A program made the translations under genes and the position numbers. A stretch of 64,000 nucleotides of DNA from Podarcis filfolensis (taxonomy: Eukaryota): the NCBI GenBank assembly GCA_964270895.1, contig OZ185438.1; one strand, given 5' to 3'. Below are positions 1 through 13,113 of the stretch, piece by piece. The notes below the pieces were generated by a model, which saw nothing but the letters and a program-made list of their open reading frames with translations, was not told the origin of the DNA and ran no database searches. Within the stretch, counting starts at the first letter, position 1. Each line of letters begins with the position of its first letter.

Positions 1-1623
1 CTTAGTTTATACATTCAAAGTGATAAAATGGTACACTTCATTCCTTCAGTCATTTGATAGCTCTATCATGTTTTTCAGTCCTCGAAGGCAGCTTCTAGGT
101 TAAAATGTAAAATACAGCAAAACCCAATAAGACAATCAATACAAGAACAAAAGCCAAGAGCATTATATTGCTTAAAACAACAGCAGCAGTAGTAGTAACA
201 AGAGAGGGTATAAAATGGGCCCGTGTGACAAAATACAGAACTATAACAGGAGGCTGACAGCAGGGTAGATTTAAAGCAAGATGAAACAAACAAAAAGTGA
301 TCACTATCCTTCTAAAACTCTAGTGAGAGGGAACCAATTGAAACTCACACACTTCTGTCTCCTTGCTTTCCTCATATTGTCCCAGAGAGTCGTTTTGTTT
401 TAAAGCTTTATGGCAAATTTCCTCTCGCATAGGAGGTGCATTACAGATGGGGATAATTACCAAGTGATAATAATAGTAGATGATCAGCTGAATTTTCTGT
501 TACTGGAATGTCTGGGTGGGGGCAGGGGGGAATGAGCTATGAGCATGTGGAAACTGATACTTCTTGTGGGTCTCACACATGAATGAAAGGAGCCACAATT
601 AGCATTTTATAGGAGCGGCTGAAGAAATGATAGAAGGAGTGGGTATTGTTCTAAACATTTTAAAAAATGAAACTGGGTTCTATTTATTTAAATAGCTAAA
701 ACTTCTTAGAATGGCAGAATTCAATAACTGTTCTGAGAGGATTTCTTGTTCAGTTATTCTTCAGAGCAGATGTTATTTCATTTTCTTATCTTTTCTTGTG
801 GCTTTGTTATCTCTGAGTTTATTTCTTCACAAAACCACAGGAAACACCATAATTTTTAGTAGGCTTTCTGTCACCCCCAAGGGTAGATTAGCATGTTCTC
901 TGGTTAAACCACTGGCCACAGTTTTCTATAGCCAGGATCCATGGATGTGTTAGTGGAATTTTTGCTGGCTGGGGCTGTTGAACGTTGTAGTTCAAAACAT
1001 CCAGAGGGCACCAGGTTGGCAAAGGCTGCATTCCCTTTCCCACCTGCAGCTGAGAAGACAAATTGCTTTCTAAACTGCTCATACCACCATATTTTCTCCT
1101 GCTTCTCACACTCAAGACCTGAGATACAGGTGCATTTAATGTGGCATCTGATTGAAAAGGCAGGCTATTTTGCATGTGTGGCTTTGTGCTCTGTTTTGGC
1201 GATTCTAACCAGGCTGACAAGTAAGGAACATACTGCAGTGAAAATGGAGCCCATACGTGTAGGCTAAATGCATGACATGTGCTTTCCAGGAAAGCTCCTA
1301 AAACAGCTCAGACTTTCATGCAAGGCAGAACAGATTGTTAAGAGCTTCCTTCTGATATTTATGTTTAGATGTCTTCTGTATTGAATCACAGAATCATCTA
1401 AAGGTGATCTCCTCTGAATCCAGACTGCTGAGCACCTGGTCCCCATTTCTAATGACTAGGGTCATATGAAGTAACACATTACTCATGTTACAATGCTATA
1501 GAGCCTAAAATTTTGTCTATGTGATTTTACATAGAGGTTTTTTTGCTTTTGTTACAACAATTTAATTTCTGACTTATTTATAGTGTTTTTTCCCTGTGTG
1601 TGTAGATCTAGCCTAGATGAGTC

Positions 1624-2130
1624 AGCCTGGATAGCCCAGCTGGTTAGAGCATGATGCTGATAATGACAAGGTTGCAGGTTCGATCAACATATGGGACAGC
1701 TGCATATTCCTGCATTGGAGAGGGTTGGACTAGATCGGGGTCGGCAACCTAAGGCCCATGGGCCATAAGTGACCCATGGGGTAATTTAACCGGCCCATGG
1801 ACCCCCACTGCTTGCTTGGTTGGCTCCTGTGCACTGCGCTAAACTGGCACGGAGCAGAGCGGGGACTGCCTTCTGCGATGCTGGCCGGCTTCCCATTGGC
1901 TGAAGGAAGCTTCTGCAGCCAATGGGAAGCTGCACACGCCTCCTCCGCACTGGAAGGAGTGCTGGAAATAGCATTTGAGCTTGCGTGCATGCGTGCGCAC
2001 ACACACACTCCGGCCCACCGCAGCGTCTGTGGGTCCATGAACCAGCCCAAGCCACAAAAACTTTGCCGGCCCCTAGACTAGATGATCCTCCGGGATCCCT
2101 TCCAACTCTACAATTTTATGATTCTATGAA
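1624..2130 (+). mobile_element. SINE with tRNA-Ile-like head and CR1-like tail, interrupted by a hAT-type MITE
   Basis: Head tagcccagctggttagagcatgatgctgataatgacaaggttgcaggttcgatc aligns with vertebrate tRNA-Ile after CpG decay (loop ct-GAT-aa). It is followed by attcctgcattg..gggttggactagat and, after the insert, gatcc..cccttccaactctacaatt..ttctatga. Confidence 0.8.
1736..2075. mobile_element. hAT-type non-autonomous MITE nested in the SINE
   Basis: Inverted ends cggggtcggcaa / ttgccggccccta; 8-bp TSD GACTAGAT at 1728-1735 and 2076-2083. Confidence 0.85.
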
Positions 2131-2146
2131 TGTGTTAGGGATTAGG

Positions 2147-2283
2147 TTGAGAGGGGAACCCATGATCCCCCAGTGGATTGCTGAACCATAACTCCCATCA
2201 TCCCTGACCACTGGCCATGCTGGCTGGGCAGGATGGGAGTTGAAGTCCACTAGCACAGTGAAGACCACAGGTTCCCTACCCGT
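2147..2283. mobile_element. Short hAT-type MITE (aactcccatcatccctgaccactgg family)
   Basis: 8-bp TSD GGATTAGG at 2139-2146 and 2284-2291; internal sequence shared with copies at 22141 and 22454. Confidence 0.75.
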
Positions 2284-2647
2284 GGATTAGGGGAAAGGGA
2301 TTTCATATTAGCATGGGGTGCTTCCAGATAGACAAGCCATGGGATTTCTTCCCCCCGCTAGAAAGTGAGAATTATCCCTCTCAGATCATTTCGTTGACAG
2401 GGCTCTTGAGCCTTCAATAGCTGCCTAAGAGAAGAGGTTTTGGCAGGCACAGCTTAAACAGCATGATGCGGGTAGAACTGACGCAAAACAACATGCTCCA
2501 CATAGCAGCGTCCACAGAAGACATAGAACCTTGTCCCATAGTGGTGCCATGTAGAGATCAAGAGACATCATGGAACTCCAGCCAAAAGCTCACCTCGGAC
2601 AAGGAACACATCGAAGAAATAAAACACCGTTGCTGATTATCACTCAC

Positions 2648-2676
2648 CTCATTCTGCTGTGTGTTTCTTGAGAAGC
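2648..2676 (-). other. Candidate 29-nt spliced exon, gene unknown
   Basis: Minus strand tgtgtgtctgtaatcttag|GCTTCTCAAGAAACACACAGCAGAATGAG|gtgagt; consensus donor and moderate acceptor; no homology recognised. Confidence 0.25.
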
Positions 2677-3384
2677 CTAAGATTACAGACACACAAATGA
2701 ATTTGCTAATTGCTATGACTCATAAACCGAGTTGGCTTTGCTAGCAGAGCTGTTTGCTTTCCACAGCCCATTGAAATCCTCTTCCTTGTTGCTCTACTGC
2801 AAATAGTAATGCTTCCCCTGGTTGCTTTTCTGGGAGGCTGCTGTGGGCTGCTTTGTCGTTATCTTAGACAATGTCTGTCAATAAGATGCGTACTCTTACC
2901 ATTTTCTCTCTCTAAAATCTATTACACTTTACAGTTGTACAAAATGCACCTCTACTTTTCTGCTATTGCAAAATGGAAATAAACCATTTCACATATCATT
3001 TCTCAATATTCGAAACACATTTGAATCGAGGTTGCTCAAAATCTTATTTTGTCTGAATGGAGGAAAGACTTCTTTTGTGGTACTGTGGGAAAATCTTCCT
3101 GATTTACACAAAATACATTGTATGTAGGAAAGTGGGTGCTTCACCATTTATTTATTTAAAAACTGTCGTTATCTTTACATTTGGATCCTTCCCCGCCCCC
3201 CTGCCCAGAAAGCAATTTGAGAAAGAAGGCATGACAGAATTGTACCTGTACTGACTTTATACAGATTGGTGCTATTTGATCGGGGCTAGTTATAGGGATC
3301 ATATCACTAACTAACTTGTTACAATAGCTTCACTGGCTATGGGTCAGTTTTGGAGCACAATTCAAAGTGCTGGTTATGAGCTGT

Positions 3385-3535
3385 AAAGTAGTTCAGTGGG
3401 TCACTATGTCTGACTGTTAACCAGAAGGTTGGTGGTTCAAGCCCACCCAGGGATGGCTGTGGGCAAAATTCCTGGATTGCATGGGGTTGGACTAGATGAC
3501 TCTTGGGATCCCTCCCAACTCTACAATTCTATGAA
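3385..3535 (+). mobile_element. SINE with tRNA-Asn-like head and CR1-like tail
   Basis: ctgactgttaaccagaaggttggtggttcaagcccacccagggatg closely matches the 3' half of vertebrate tRNA-Asn(GTT); it is followed by the same attcctg..ttgcatggggttggactagatga..ccctcccaactctacaattctatga tail. Confidence 0.8.
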
Positions 3536-3551
3536 AGCCCTATGCAGCTTA

Positions 3552-3922
3552 AAGGTAAAGGCACCCCTGACCATTTGGTCCAGTTGCGGACGACTCTGGG
3601 GTTGCACACTCATCTCACTTTACTGGCCGAGGGAACCAGCGTACAGCTTCCGGGTCACGTGGCCAGCATGACTAAGCCGCTTCTGGCGAAACCAAAGCAG
3701 CGCACAGAAACACCGTTTACCTTCCCGCTGGAGCGGTACCTATTTATCTACTTGCACTTTGACGTGCTTTCAAATTGCTAGGTGGGCAGGAGCTGGGACC
3801 GAACAACGGGAGCTCACCCCATCGCGGGGATTCGAACCGCCAACCTTCTGATCGGCAAGCCCCAGGCTCTGTGGTTTAGACCACAGCGCCATCCGCGCCC
3901 CACAGGCACCCGCATCCCACAG
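3552..3922 (-). mobile_element. Sauria SINE, full length
   Basis: taaaggtaaagg tail end, tcacgtggccagcatgactaagccgcttctggc body, ggattcgaacc B-box and gtggtttagaccacagcgcc head; 12-bp TSD CTATGCAGCTTA at 3540-3551 and 3923-3934. Confidence 0.9.
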
Positions 3923-4989
3923 CTATGCAGCTTAGGTTCAGGCTATTCCCTTCCTGGAGAAATTAGACTGTCTCCCTCCTTGTTGTCATTCCACCGGTAG
4001 ATAAAAACTCTTTTTATACCAACAGGCCATTGGAAACCGGCTGTTTTTTATTATCTGTTCTGAAGTTGGGGTAAGAACTGAAGTAGCAAATTTATATAAG
4101 AGCAATTGTAACAACACAACACTTCATTTCCAGGCTTCAACTGCACACTCGAGTGCCTACCCTTGACTTACCAGTAATTCACCCACGTAGAGGCACAGCA
4201 ATGTGCCATTTTAAGTGGAGATTCCTCTTGAACAAGTTTATTGCCCATGGGAGAGGGATATGCTATCATTCCACTTGAGACACAAAGTGATTTGATTGGT
4301 GACTTTCCCCCTTCCCCTTCAGTGGTGTCTCTCGCTCAAAAGGAGGTACAGCAATGCACTGCTTAGTATGACACCCCAATTTGGTTTCTCCTCCGCTGGT
4401 CCTGGGCTGTGCTTTGCACACATAGCCTGCAGCTGCACAAAGAGCAACTCAGGAACAATGAGAATCAATAAGAGATATGCGCTAGTTTCCAGTCTCAGGG
4501 CTGGCTGAAGGAAAAACAGAAAAACTGCTGGGGTGAGGGGTGGATTATAGTGTAGAATGGAAGGCGGGTCATCAGCTGCCTGCCAGTGTTTTTCTGTAAG
4601 TGTCCATCACCTCTATCTGTTTTACGATGCAAACACAGGGTTGGGAAACCCATGTTTGCTCTATAATGTGTGTTTCTACCCTACAATGCAGTATTAGGCT
4701 GTGCACACATTCCCATTAAATGGTCACCATTTACATTCCCATTTACTTTAGCTCCCACTGCTGGGATTTGAAGGCAAGTACGCATGTTATTATGCCTGAT
4801 TTGAAAACATATGGCATGCTTAAGCTGAGGTGTGTACATTTGAGACAGCCGTTGCCCATGTGCAGAAGACAGCAGGGAAACCGAACAGGTAACGCACAAC
4901 GGGTAAATACATTCCTGCTCCACTTTGGTGCATACAGTAGTGATTTGAAACGCAGTGAGGAGGGAGCAACATTTAAAGCTGCTAATATG

Positions 4990-5250
4990 TTCTTCTTCTT
5001 CGGTGATCACTCATAGCCAAGGAAGATTGTCTTCCGTAAACACGGTTTTAACAATGAGTCCATAAGTGACTATGGAGGCCAATTCTGGATCCACATATCC
5101 TTCCACAGTGGGGACATTGGTTTCCGGGTGGGAGTTGATCACGGTGTGGATTTGCCAAGTGTGCCTTCCTCTTAGTACGTTTCTCCCTTGTGTCCTGAGT
5201 TTGAGTGTCTTCAAAGCCCATGACACCTTTGGTAAAGGCTATTCTACAAC
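4990..5250 (-). mobile_element. RTE-clade LINE 3' end fragment
   Basis: Minus frame reads ..RKAHLANPHRDQLPPGNQCPHCGRICGSRIGLHSHLWTHC, the C-terminal CxxC..H..H knuckle typical of RTE ORFs, ending in a (GAA)n tail. Confidence 0.8.
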
Positions 5251-6349
5251 TGGAGCACATGCAGGCCAGTGTTTCCCAGTTGTCAGTGTTTGTATACTAC
5301 ATTTTAAAAGATTTGCCTTGAGACAGTCTTGGTCTGTAATACAAATACACGGAATTACAAGTGCTAATGTGTAATGGAAAAATAGTGCCTTGAAACACAC
5401 ACAGATAGAATATGGTTTAGCAGCCAGTGCAGTTTATTTACATTTGAATTACAGATGTGGGACATGTTAACACCCACACACTCACACCACTATCACAAAA
5501 AACCCTGCACTAATATATATAAATCACACAAAAACATCCTGACAATCCCTGACCTTCGGTGTATGAAACCAGTCTCTTGTTTGCGTGACTGGTTTTTTTG
5601 TTTCAAAAAGAGCTCTTTCTGTCTGCTTTGACATATGCTAATATGGAAATGCTTTCTTATCATAGCAGCCTAGTCAGTTTTGGCAACATACCAAAAGTTC
5701 TGCATCAGCTTTAAAATAATGGCAAATCCCTCTGAATTTGTACCTAATGAATCTGGCTAACTAGGCTTTTATACCCTTGTATAAAAAACATTCATCCTTT
5801 CATCTGATCCTACCGACAGCACCGGATTATGGACATTAAACGATCTAGGAAGCAGTATCACAAACAAGGACAAGATGGGTGATTGTAAAATTATACTGCA
5901 GTCAACACAAGCGGCTTTTCGGAATTCAGCAAGCAAGTATTTGGTTTTAGTGCCACCACCTGGCTGAAAACTGAACTGCTACAATTTGCTTTGGCACAAG
6001 TATGTCTTCATTTAAGTTAGCACATAGGAACATAATACCTTGGTTATACACTTTTTTCTTTACTTTTTATGAATTCTGAAAGTGTAGAAAGGCCAGCTCT
6101 TAAAGAGTCTGGATAGTTATGGCAGTGCCTGAGCGTGAGGTTTTTCCTTGTGACCAGTTATCCTGATCTGTTCACATGACCCTCTTGGTCGTCTGCACAG
6201 GTTTCATGTGCACGTTCAGTCCATGGGCAGAGAGGGAGGATTCTTAGCCTCTTCAGGACTGAATAGTCTTTTGTGTGTTACAACATGAACTACACTGACT
6301 GCCATTCACCTTCTCTTAAATATTTATTTACGGTACTTGCTTCATTTGT

Positions 6350-6535
6350 ATCCTGCATTTCCTCCAATGAGGTCAAGGCAGCATTCGTGGTTTTCCCTGC
6401 CTCCATTTTATCCTCACAACAACCTTGTGAGGTAGGTTAGACTAAGAAGTTGACCCTAGTTCGTCTACTGAGCTTCACGACTCATTGGGTCTCCCTGATT
6501 CTCGTGCAACGCTCTAACCACTGCACCGCACTGCC
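6350..6535 (-). mobile_element. Old MIR/CORE-like SINE
   Basis: ttttatcctcacaacaaccttgtgaggtaggttag...ctctaaccactgcaccgcactg; degenerate relative of the younger copies at 14990 and 21670. Confidence 0.6.
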
Positions 6536-7343
6536 ACCATATATAACACAGGCAAAAAGTGTCTTACAGCCTGTGCCTGTCTATTCAAAAGTTAAGACCC
6601 ATTGACTTCAATGGGCCTTCCTCCCAGGTAAATGCACATAGGACGAGTGTTCAAAACTCCCATTGTTCTAGGCATATTTTGCAACAGGGAATTTCTTTAG
6701 CACGATCAGTTTCTGAGCTCTGGGCGCAGGACTGCACCTAAGATTTCAGATTAAAACTGCAGAGTGGAAGGAAAGGAGGACCTTTTTCTGCCTCCCCACT
6801 TCCAGCTACTCTCTGAAGACTGGAGAAGAGACCTTCTTAAGAATATTAGGGGGTGGGCAGGGGGAGGACTAGACCATGTGAAAAATGAACATAATATTTT
6901 AGCTGCAGTTCATTCATTTTCAGCTTTGTATTCTGGCTATTAAAAAAGTGTGCCTAGACATTCTGTTGTCGCAACCATAACCTAGCCTTAAGGTGCCATT
7001 TAGCTCCTAGATTTCACATCTCAGTTTCTAACACTGCATAGGACTGCAGCCTGAAATTCACACTAAATCAGCGCTAAGGATGAAAGACCCCAGAGCACAG
7101 CAGGGCACTGAGCAAAGCAAGCAAGTGGTTTTTGAAATGAGCTGCTATACATGTGAAAACTCTGTTTTATTTGATTATAAATTAAAATAGGATGGTCTGG
7201 AGATGCCTGACTTCACTGGATTATGCTTTTCAGTCAGGATCTTCTTCTTCTTCCTCTTCTTCTTCTTCTTTGGATGCCCGACAGTGGGACTGCATTGAGA
7301 TCCTGGATTATTGCCCTGCTGCCTAACCTTGGGGAAGCTAATA

Positions 7344-7585
7344 CAGTGGTACCTCAGGTTAAGTATTTAATTTGTTCCGGAGGTCCGTTCTTAACCTGAA
7401 ACTGTTCTTAACCTGAAGCACCACTTTAGCTAATGGGGCCTCCCGCTGCTGCCGCACCGCCACCGCATGATTTCTGTTCTCATCCTGAAGCAAAGTTCTT
7501 AACCTGAAGCACTATTTCTGGGTTAGCAGAGTCTGTAACCTGAAACGTCTGTAACCTGAAGCGTATGTAACCTGAGGTACCACTG
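7344..7585 (+). mobile_element. Tigger/pogo-like MITE, family A copy 1
   Basis: TIRs cagtggtacctc / gaggtaccactg flanked by TA on both sides; repeated subterminal taacctgaa motifs; near-identical to 20384 and 38812. Confidence 0.9.
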
Positions 7586-10500
7586 TAATGAGTAATGGAG
7601 TGGTAAAAGATAGGTACATAATGAAGAGCTGGATACTGGGAGGATGGTGAAGCACAAGAACCTGGGGCCATGTGTCTACCCTGCCTTGATGTGAGAAAGA
7701 CTATAACATTATTGTATCTCACCACCTGAACACAGTTGGGTGAACTGGCTTTTGTTTTCCTGTTGTGTTGAAGGATGCTTGTTCTTCTGGTGCAACTACC
7801 ATTGGCAGCTGGTAGGGAGAGTTGTTGTCAAAACTACCAGCCCTCCATGCTATGAGTCATTCATGGGCGCCAGCTGGTCATGTGGATCGATCACCATCAC
7901 AACATGTGGTTGTTGTTTTTTCTCCGTGGAAAGAATTCTTGGTGGAGGCCTGCAATACTTTGTAAACAAACAACATGGCGGAAATTGCTTCCGAATGGGT
8001 AAATAACTGTATGTTTCATGTGGATGGTACTCAGAGACCATTAGCTGTTGATTTGCCACCAAAACAGGACATTCAATCTGACCATTTTGATTTGGAGAAA
8101 TCCTGCCTGTTCCCATTTCAGCCGCGCATTGAAGGCGCCCGTTGAGCTCACTGTTATATGAGGTTTTATGGAAACAGAAAGCACACTGCTATCATTGTAT
8201 TCTCTCATTCAAAGCTGAATTACCTCATGACAGAATATTTAACTCGGCTGGCCTCCCTTTGTACTCATATTTCAACGCAGCACATGAAAGAAATGAAGAA
8301 TAGGTTTAAACTTCATTTCAACTGTTGGAGAGTTATGGGCCATTTTGCCTTTCATTCAGTCAGTCATTTTGGTAACCTCTGGTTCTGGGAAAGCAATATA
8401 GGCTGAGAGGAGAAGCCGTTTAAGGGAAGGCATCTCCCTCGTGAGGTCAGGCGGTTGACATATTTGCCTCACATAAAAGACAATGTTTTGCTTTGACTTG
8501 CTGCAAATAAAGTGGGAATTTCTTCTCCAGTGCCTTACTTGTCTGGGCAAACATTAATTTGTATAAATATGGCCTATGCCATTTTCCTTGAGAAGGAAAT
8601 ACACAGTGACCTTCTGCTAGTTTTACAAAAGGCTTTGCATTGTTAAATGTCAGTCAGGTATGTGTGTGTGTTTTAAAAAAGTGGAATTAATATTTTTCCA
8701 AGGCTAGAAAGGTGCCCTCTGATGCCTGGGCAAGACAAATGCTTCTTGTCTAAGTAGTATGATGTGGGCTATCTAAATTATGTCCAGGAATGAAGAAACC
8801 ATATGGGAAAGGAGGGTTAGTGCAGCAAATGAGGAATATCACTCACATTCAAAGAAAAAAAACAAAAACAAAACAAACCTTGTCCCAGTCAGTATTTTCT
8901 AAAATGGCAGTAACTCAGGGATAACCTTCTCAGGATCTCTCAAAACTCTGTAACAAAGTTCTAGAACAAATGTTTGTCCAGATATGTGCTTCCAGGAGTT
9001 GAATCTTTGGGTTGTATACAACTAAGTTACAAAGTTGACTCACTAAAATCAGAGGATATGACTAATATAGCCATTGATTTCCGTGGGCCTCCTTTGAGTA
9101 TGACTTGGGATATGTTCACATTAGTGGCTTGAAACACTGAAAGGTCGTTTTCCCTGCTGTTCACACCATTTTCTCTGTTCACACCAGAGCTGTGTAGCGA
9201 TGTTTTCAGCTGATGATTTCCTTCCCCATGCCAAACACCAGTCTCATGAAGCTTTCATTTGCACGCACACCATTATCTGTGCATGCACAAATGTTGCCTG
9301 AACTTACTATCATTATGGAGGTAGGACAAATCTGAGGAGCTGAAGGACCCCTTCAATGATCCTCCTCCAGCCTCAGCAGTTTTTTGTCTTTTTGTTTCTG
9401 TAATATCGGTCACTCGATGTTTTAAATCCTCTGTTGCTTCTGTTATCTCTTTTTTTTCCCCTCTCCCTTTAAGTATTTGCCCAGGACGATATCTACCTTT
9501 ACCTCCCCACCCCCATTTTATGTTGTTATTTCTATGTATATCATGCTATGGCCACACGGCTAATGCAATAAAATTTATATTCATTATTTTATGTTGTTAA
9601 TTTTTTTTGCCATTGCTAATGTTTACCCTTCTCTTTTTAGAAAACACTTCTTTTATGAACATCAAGTGGGATAGCCCAGCTTTTTCCTCTGAAGCACCTC
9701 AAGTATGCATTTTACTTTTTTAAAAATCCAAAACAATGTACTTTCTACCAGAAAATTGGTGTATTATCAAATGAAACCAGGACAAAGTTTATTCATGGCT
9801 ATTTCCTTCCAGTCTTGTTTTAGGCCTCCCAGCGCCATCAGGTTGGGCACTCTGGAAAGCGGGATACAGAGGGGGTTGGTTTTTGGTTGGGCTGGGTTCC
9901 TCCTTGGCCTGCATAAGATGTAGTACAATTCACTCCTTGTCCTGAATCCATTACAATGGCATGGGTGCTCATGTGGCTGAAGAGGCATTTCTGAGTGCCT
10001 ACAGGGTCCTCCCCCGTGCTTGAGAGAAACACTCTGTTGCAGCCGATAGAATTAACTGCAATGTGTGCTTGGTTGCCATGCGTGTGTGTGGTGTTCATGA
10101 GTTTCTCTGATTTGTAGACATGCCCACAGGCCCCCCAAAGTCAGCGATCCCTGCACTGGCGACAGTCAATGAAAGGTGTAGGGAAATGTGCCGTTTGGTG
10201 GCATCAGGACACACAGGGCTGACATTTTTTGCACAGCCCCACATTTCCTATAATGTGTTGAACTGCCTGTGATTCAAGCTAAAGAGTGTGGTGCTTATTT
10301 CTAGGTTTGGAGGAGGGCTCGCACACACCAATCTGTCCCCATAGTTTACATGCCCTGGGACATTTCAAAACAATAAGTAGTATGGCGGAGTGGAAGGCCC
10401 TGGTGGGCTTACCTGGTGGTGCTGTGGGGGCAACAGTGGTGCGCCAAGCAGTTTCTGGTTGTTGAGTCTAGCTGCCATTTTAATTTCCCTCAATGTCCTC

Positions 10501-10811
10501 AATGTAGTGTCACTCTAGAGCGTTGTGAGGAATTAAAATGGCAGCTAGACCAAGTTGCCTAGACCCAGTTGCCTAGTGGTGCTTGGAACAGCAGGATGGG
10601 AAAATAAATTAAAGGGGCCTGAGAGTGGGTGTTAAGGGGGACAATTGCCCAAGGATGCCAGGTGCTGATGCCAGTCCTGAGGAGCAGCAAGGATGAGCAG
10701 CGTGAGACTTCACGAGTTGACTGTCAACTTCCTGCCAGGATGTAAGCTTCAGCAATTGCCTACCTGTGACAACAGCCCATTTCCTATCATCACTACCAAA
10801 ATCCTTTATTC

Positions 10812-10880
10812 TGGAGATGCCAGGGATTGAACCTAAGTCCTTGTGCTATCGAAGTATGCACTCTCCCACTGACCTTCAGG
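10812..10880 (-). mobile_element. tRNA-derived SINE head fragment (same family as 20892-21076)
   Basis: Reverse complement contains ggttcaatccctggcatctccag, the B-box/head junction shared with the 21 kb copy. Confidence 0.55.
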
Positions 10881-12853
10881 CCCTGCTCAGTGGCACCAGA
10901 GTTATGGGCCTGGCTTGATGAAAATGACAAATATTGTCATTTATTATCAGAATCGGACTTGTTGAAAACAATGTCAGGGTTATGGGTTTGAGGCCCACAC
11001 TGGGCCAAAAGATTACTGTGTTACAGGGACAAGATGGCCGTCGTGGTCTCTTCCAACTCTACAATTCAGCTGCTTTTCTTTTGGAGCACATAGTGACAAA
11101 TCCTTCTTTGGAAGAGGATTTTGTTCTTTTGCTCATGCTGTTTGCCACGTTTGTGTTAAGGTGAAAGAGTCAGCTAACAAAACATCGATGCCCTTTGAGG
11201 TTTGGCTTTGCGACTCGTTTTGCCTTTGAGCTGAGGGAACATTGTACGGATTTTCCCTGCATATTCATTTTCGTCACTAAATAGATTCATTTTGGCTATG
11301 CTCGTGTCGCTTTTCATGTTCCCTTTCTTTGAACATTTTGCGTTATTGAGTTTCCCTGGCACAAATTCATGGAAAGTGAATTTCAAAGCCGAACCCATGA
11401 GCTTGATTATTATTGTTTCCAGTAGCACCCACTCGGCCTTTGCTGCTCAGCGCTCACAAACATAAAGGGTTTTCAACTGCGGCTGTGAGGGGACACAATA
11501 TGCACAGCGGCAAAATTAATTCGCTTGCTCAGAACTGATACAGTTAAGAGTAGTTTCACCCAACAGTGTGTTGCACCACATTTTGGACTGGCAACTCAAA
11601 TCCAGAACAATTCTGTGAAGTTCATCAGCTCCATTCCTATCCCACAGCTGGGAAACTGCAGCTGAGCAATGGTGACCATTTAAGATCACACAGAAAGAAG
11701 AGGTGTTATTCTCCGATCCAAATCCATTCTTGTGCAAGCCATTGTTAATATTTTTGACCAAAATCCTTTGCGTTAGGTACCCCAATCCAGCATCAGGGGT
11801 CAGTATGCTACCTTTCAGTGTACCTTGTGTTACCATTTTTATTTCCATTAACTTGTTTACTGACCCAGCAGTTGTACAGAGTAAACAGGCATGACTACAT
11901 GTGTGTTCATAGGGGTCTTGATAGTGCTCCAGCGCACGACTTTTGTGCAGCATCCACACAATGCCATACCATAGTACAATTGTCCTGTTTAATCTGGATT
12001 TACTACTTCCATGGAAAATCTGGAAAGTTTATCCCCCTGCTTGGAAAAACAGCAAATCCAATTAAAACGAGCCAGCATGTCGATGAGGGCAGCATCACTT
12101 GGATGCTGCACAAATCCCTCAGCATCCACAATAAATGACGATATGAAAACGCCCTAAGCTGCATAGGAAATGGTGCCAATCAAAATCATCTGGAGAGCTT
12201 TGTGGCAATGTGGTGATAAAAACGTTGAGTCTCCCATGTCCAAGGCCAACACACTGTGGTTGGAGACAGACACTTTTTTTTTTAAGGAGTTGTTGGTGAT
12301 TTGAAATAGGAGTTATCCATCTTTTACCTCTGGTGAACATAGGTATCTTTAAAAAAAGATTCAGAAACCTGCTGGGGTAAAATATGTGTGTGTGTGTGGG
12401 TGGGTGGGTGTGTGCGCGCACACACTCACGCACGCACTACAATAAGGAAAGTGATGTTTCTCTCAAACCTCTTTCAACTTAGAAAACATTGTCTATCATC
12501 AGCTATATTTGTGGTGGCAATTTCTACTTTTTTAGGTAAAACAGATTGTACTGTTGTTGTTGCTTTTGTCTTGGAGCATAATCATGAAATATTAGTTCAC
12601 TCCTGGAGCAAAATAAAAGACAGGCCTCAACGAGAGATGGGTAAATCTGTCAATTTCAGTTTCTCTCCATTTCTCTCTCTCACACAGTCACACACACCAG
12701 TCTTGTGTTCAACTTGCCACATTTCCATACTGGAGTACAATTCTGTAAGTACTCCTGAACACTCATCAACACTTTAGTGTGCATTTCTCCTAATACTCAC
12801 CATTTTTGAATGCAAGTTTACCATATATTTATATATGTGTGTGTGTATATATA

Positions 12854-13113
12854 CAGTGGTATCTCTAGAAACGAACGGGATCCATTCTGGAGCCCCGTTC
12901 GTATCTAGAAGTAAACATAACTAGCGACGGCACGTCTGTGCACGAGCGCATTGCTTTTTGCCGCTTCTGCACATGCGCATGACATCATTCTGAGCGTCTG
13001 CGCATGCGCAAGCAGCGAAACCCGGAAGTAACGCGCTCCGTTACTTCCGGGTTGCCGAGGAGTGCAACTCGAACACACTCAACTCGAAGCGTCTTCAACC
13101 CGATGTATGGCTG
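12854..13113. mobile_element. Tigger/pogo-like MITE, family B, CpG-rich
   Basis: Starts ta|cagtggtatctc and ends tatggctg|ta (decayed TIR, TA TSD); internal TGCGCATGCGCA palindrome and a 15-bp inverted repeat carrying two CCGGAAGT motifs. Confidence 0.75.

Noticed and set aside
11516-11959. 147-aa minus ORF
   Set aside because: No recognisable domain, no convincing acceptor feeding that frame, and the upstream frames are closed; length is within chance for a 64-kb window.
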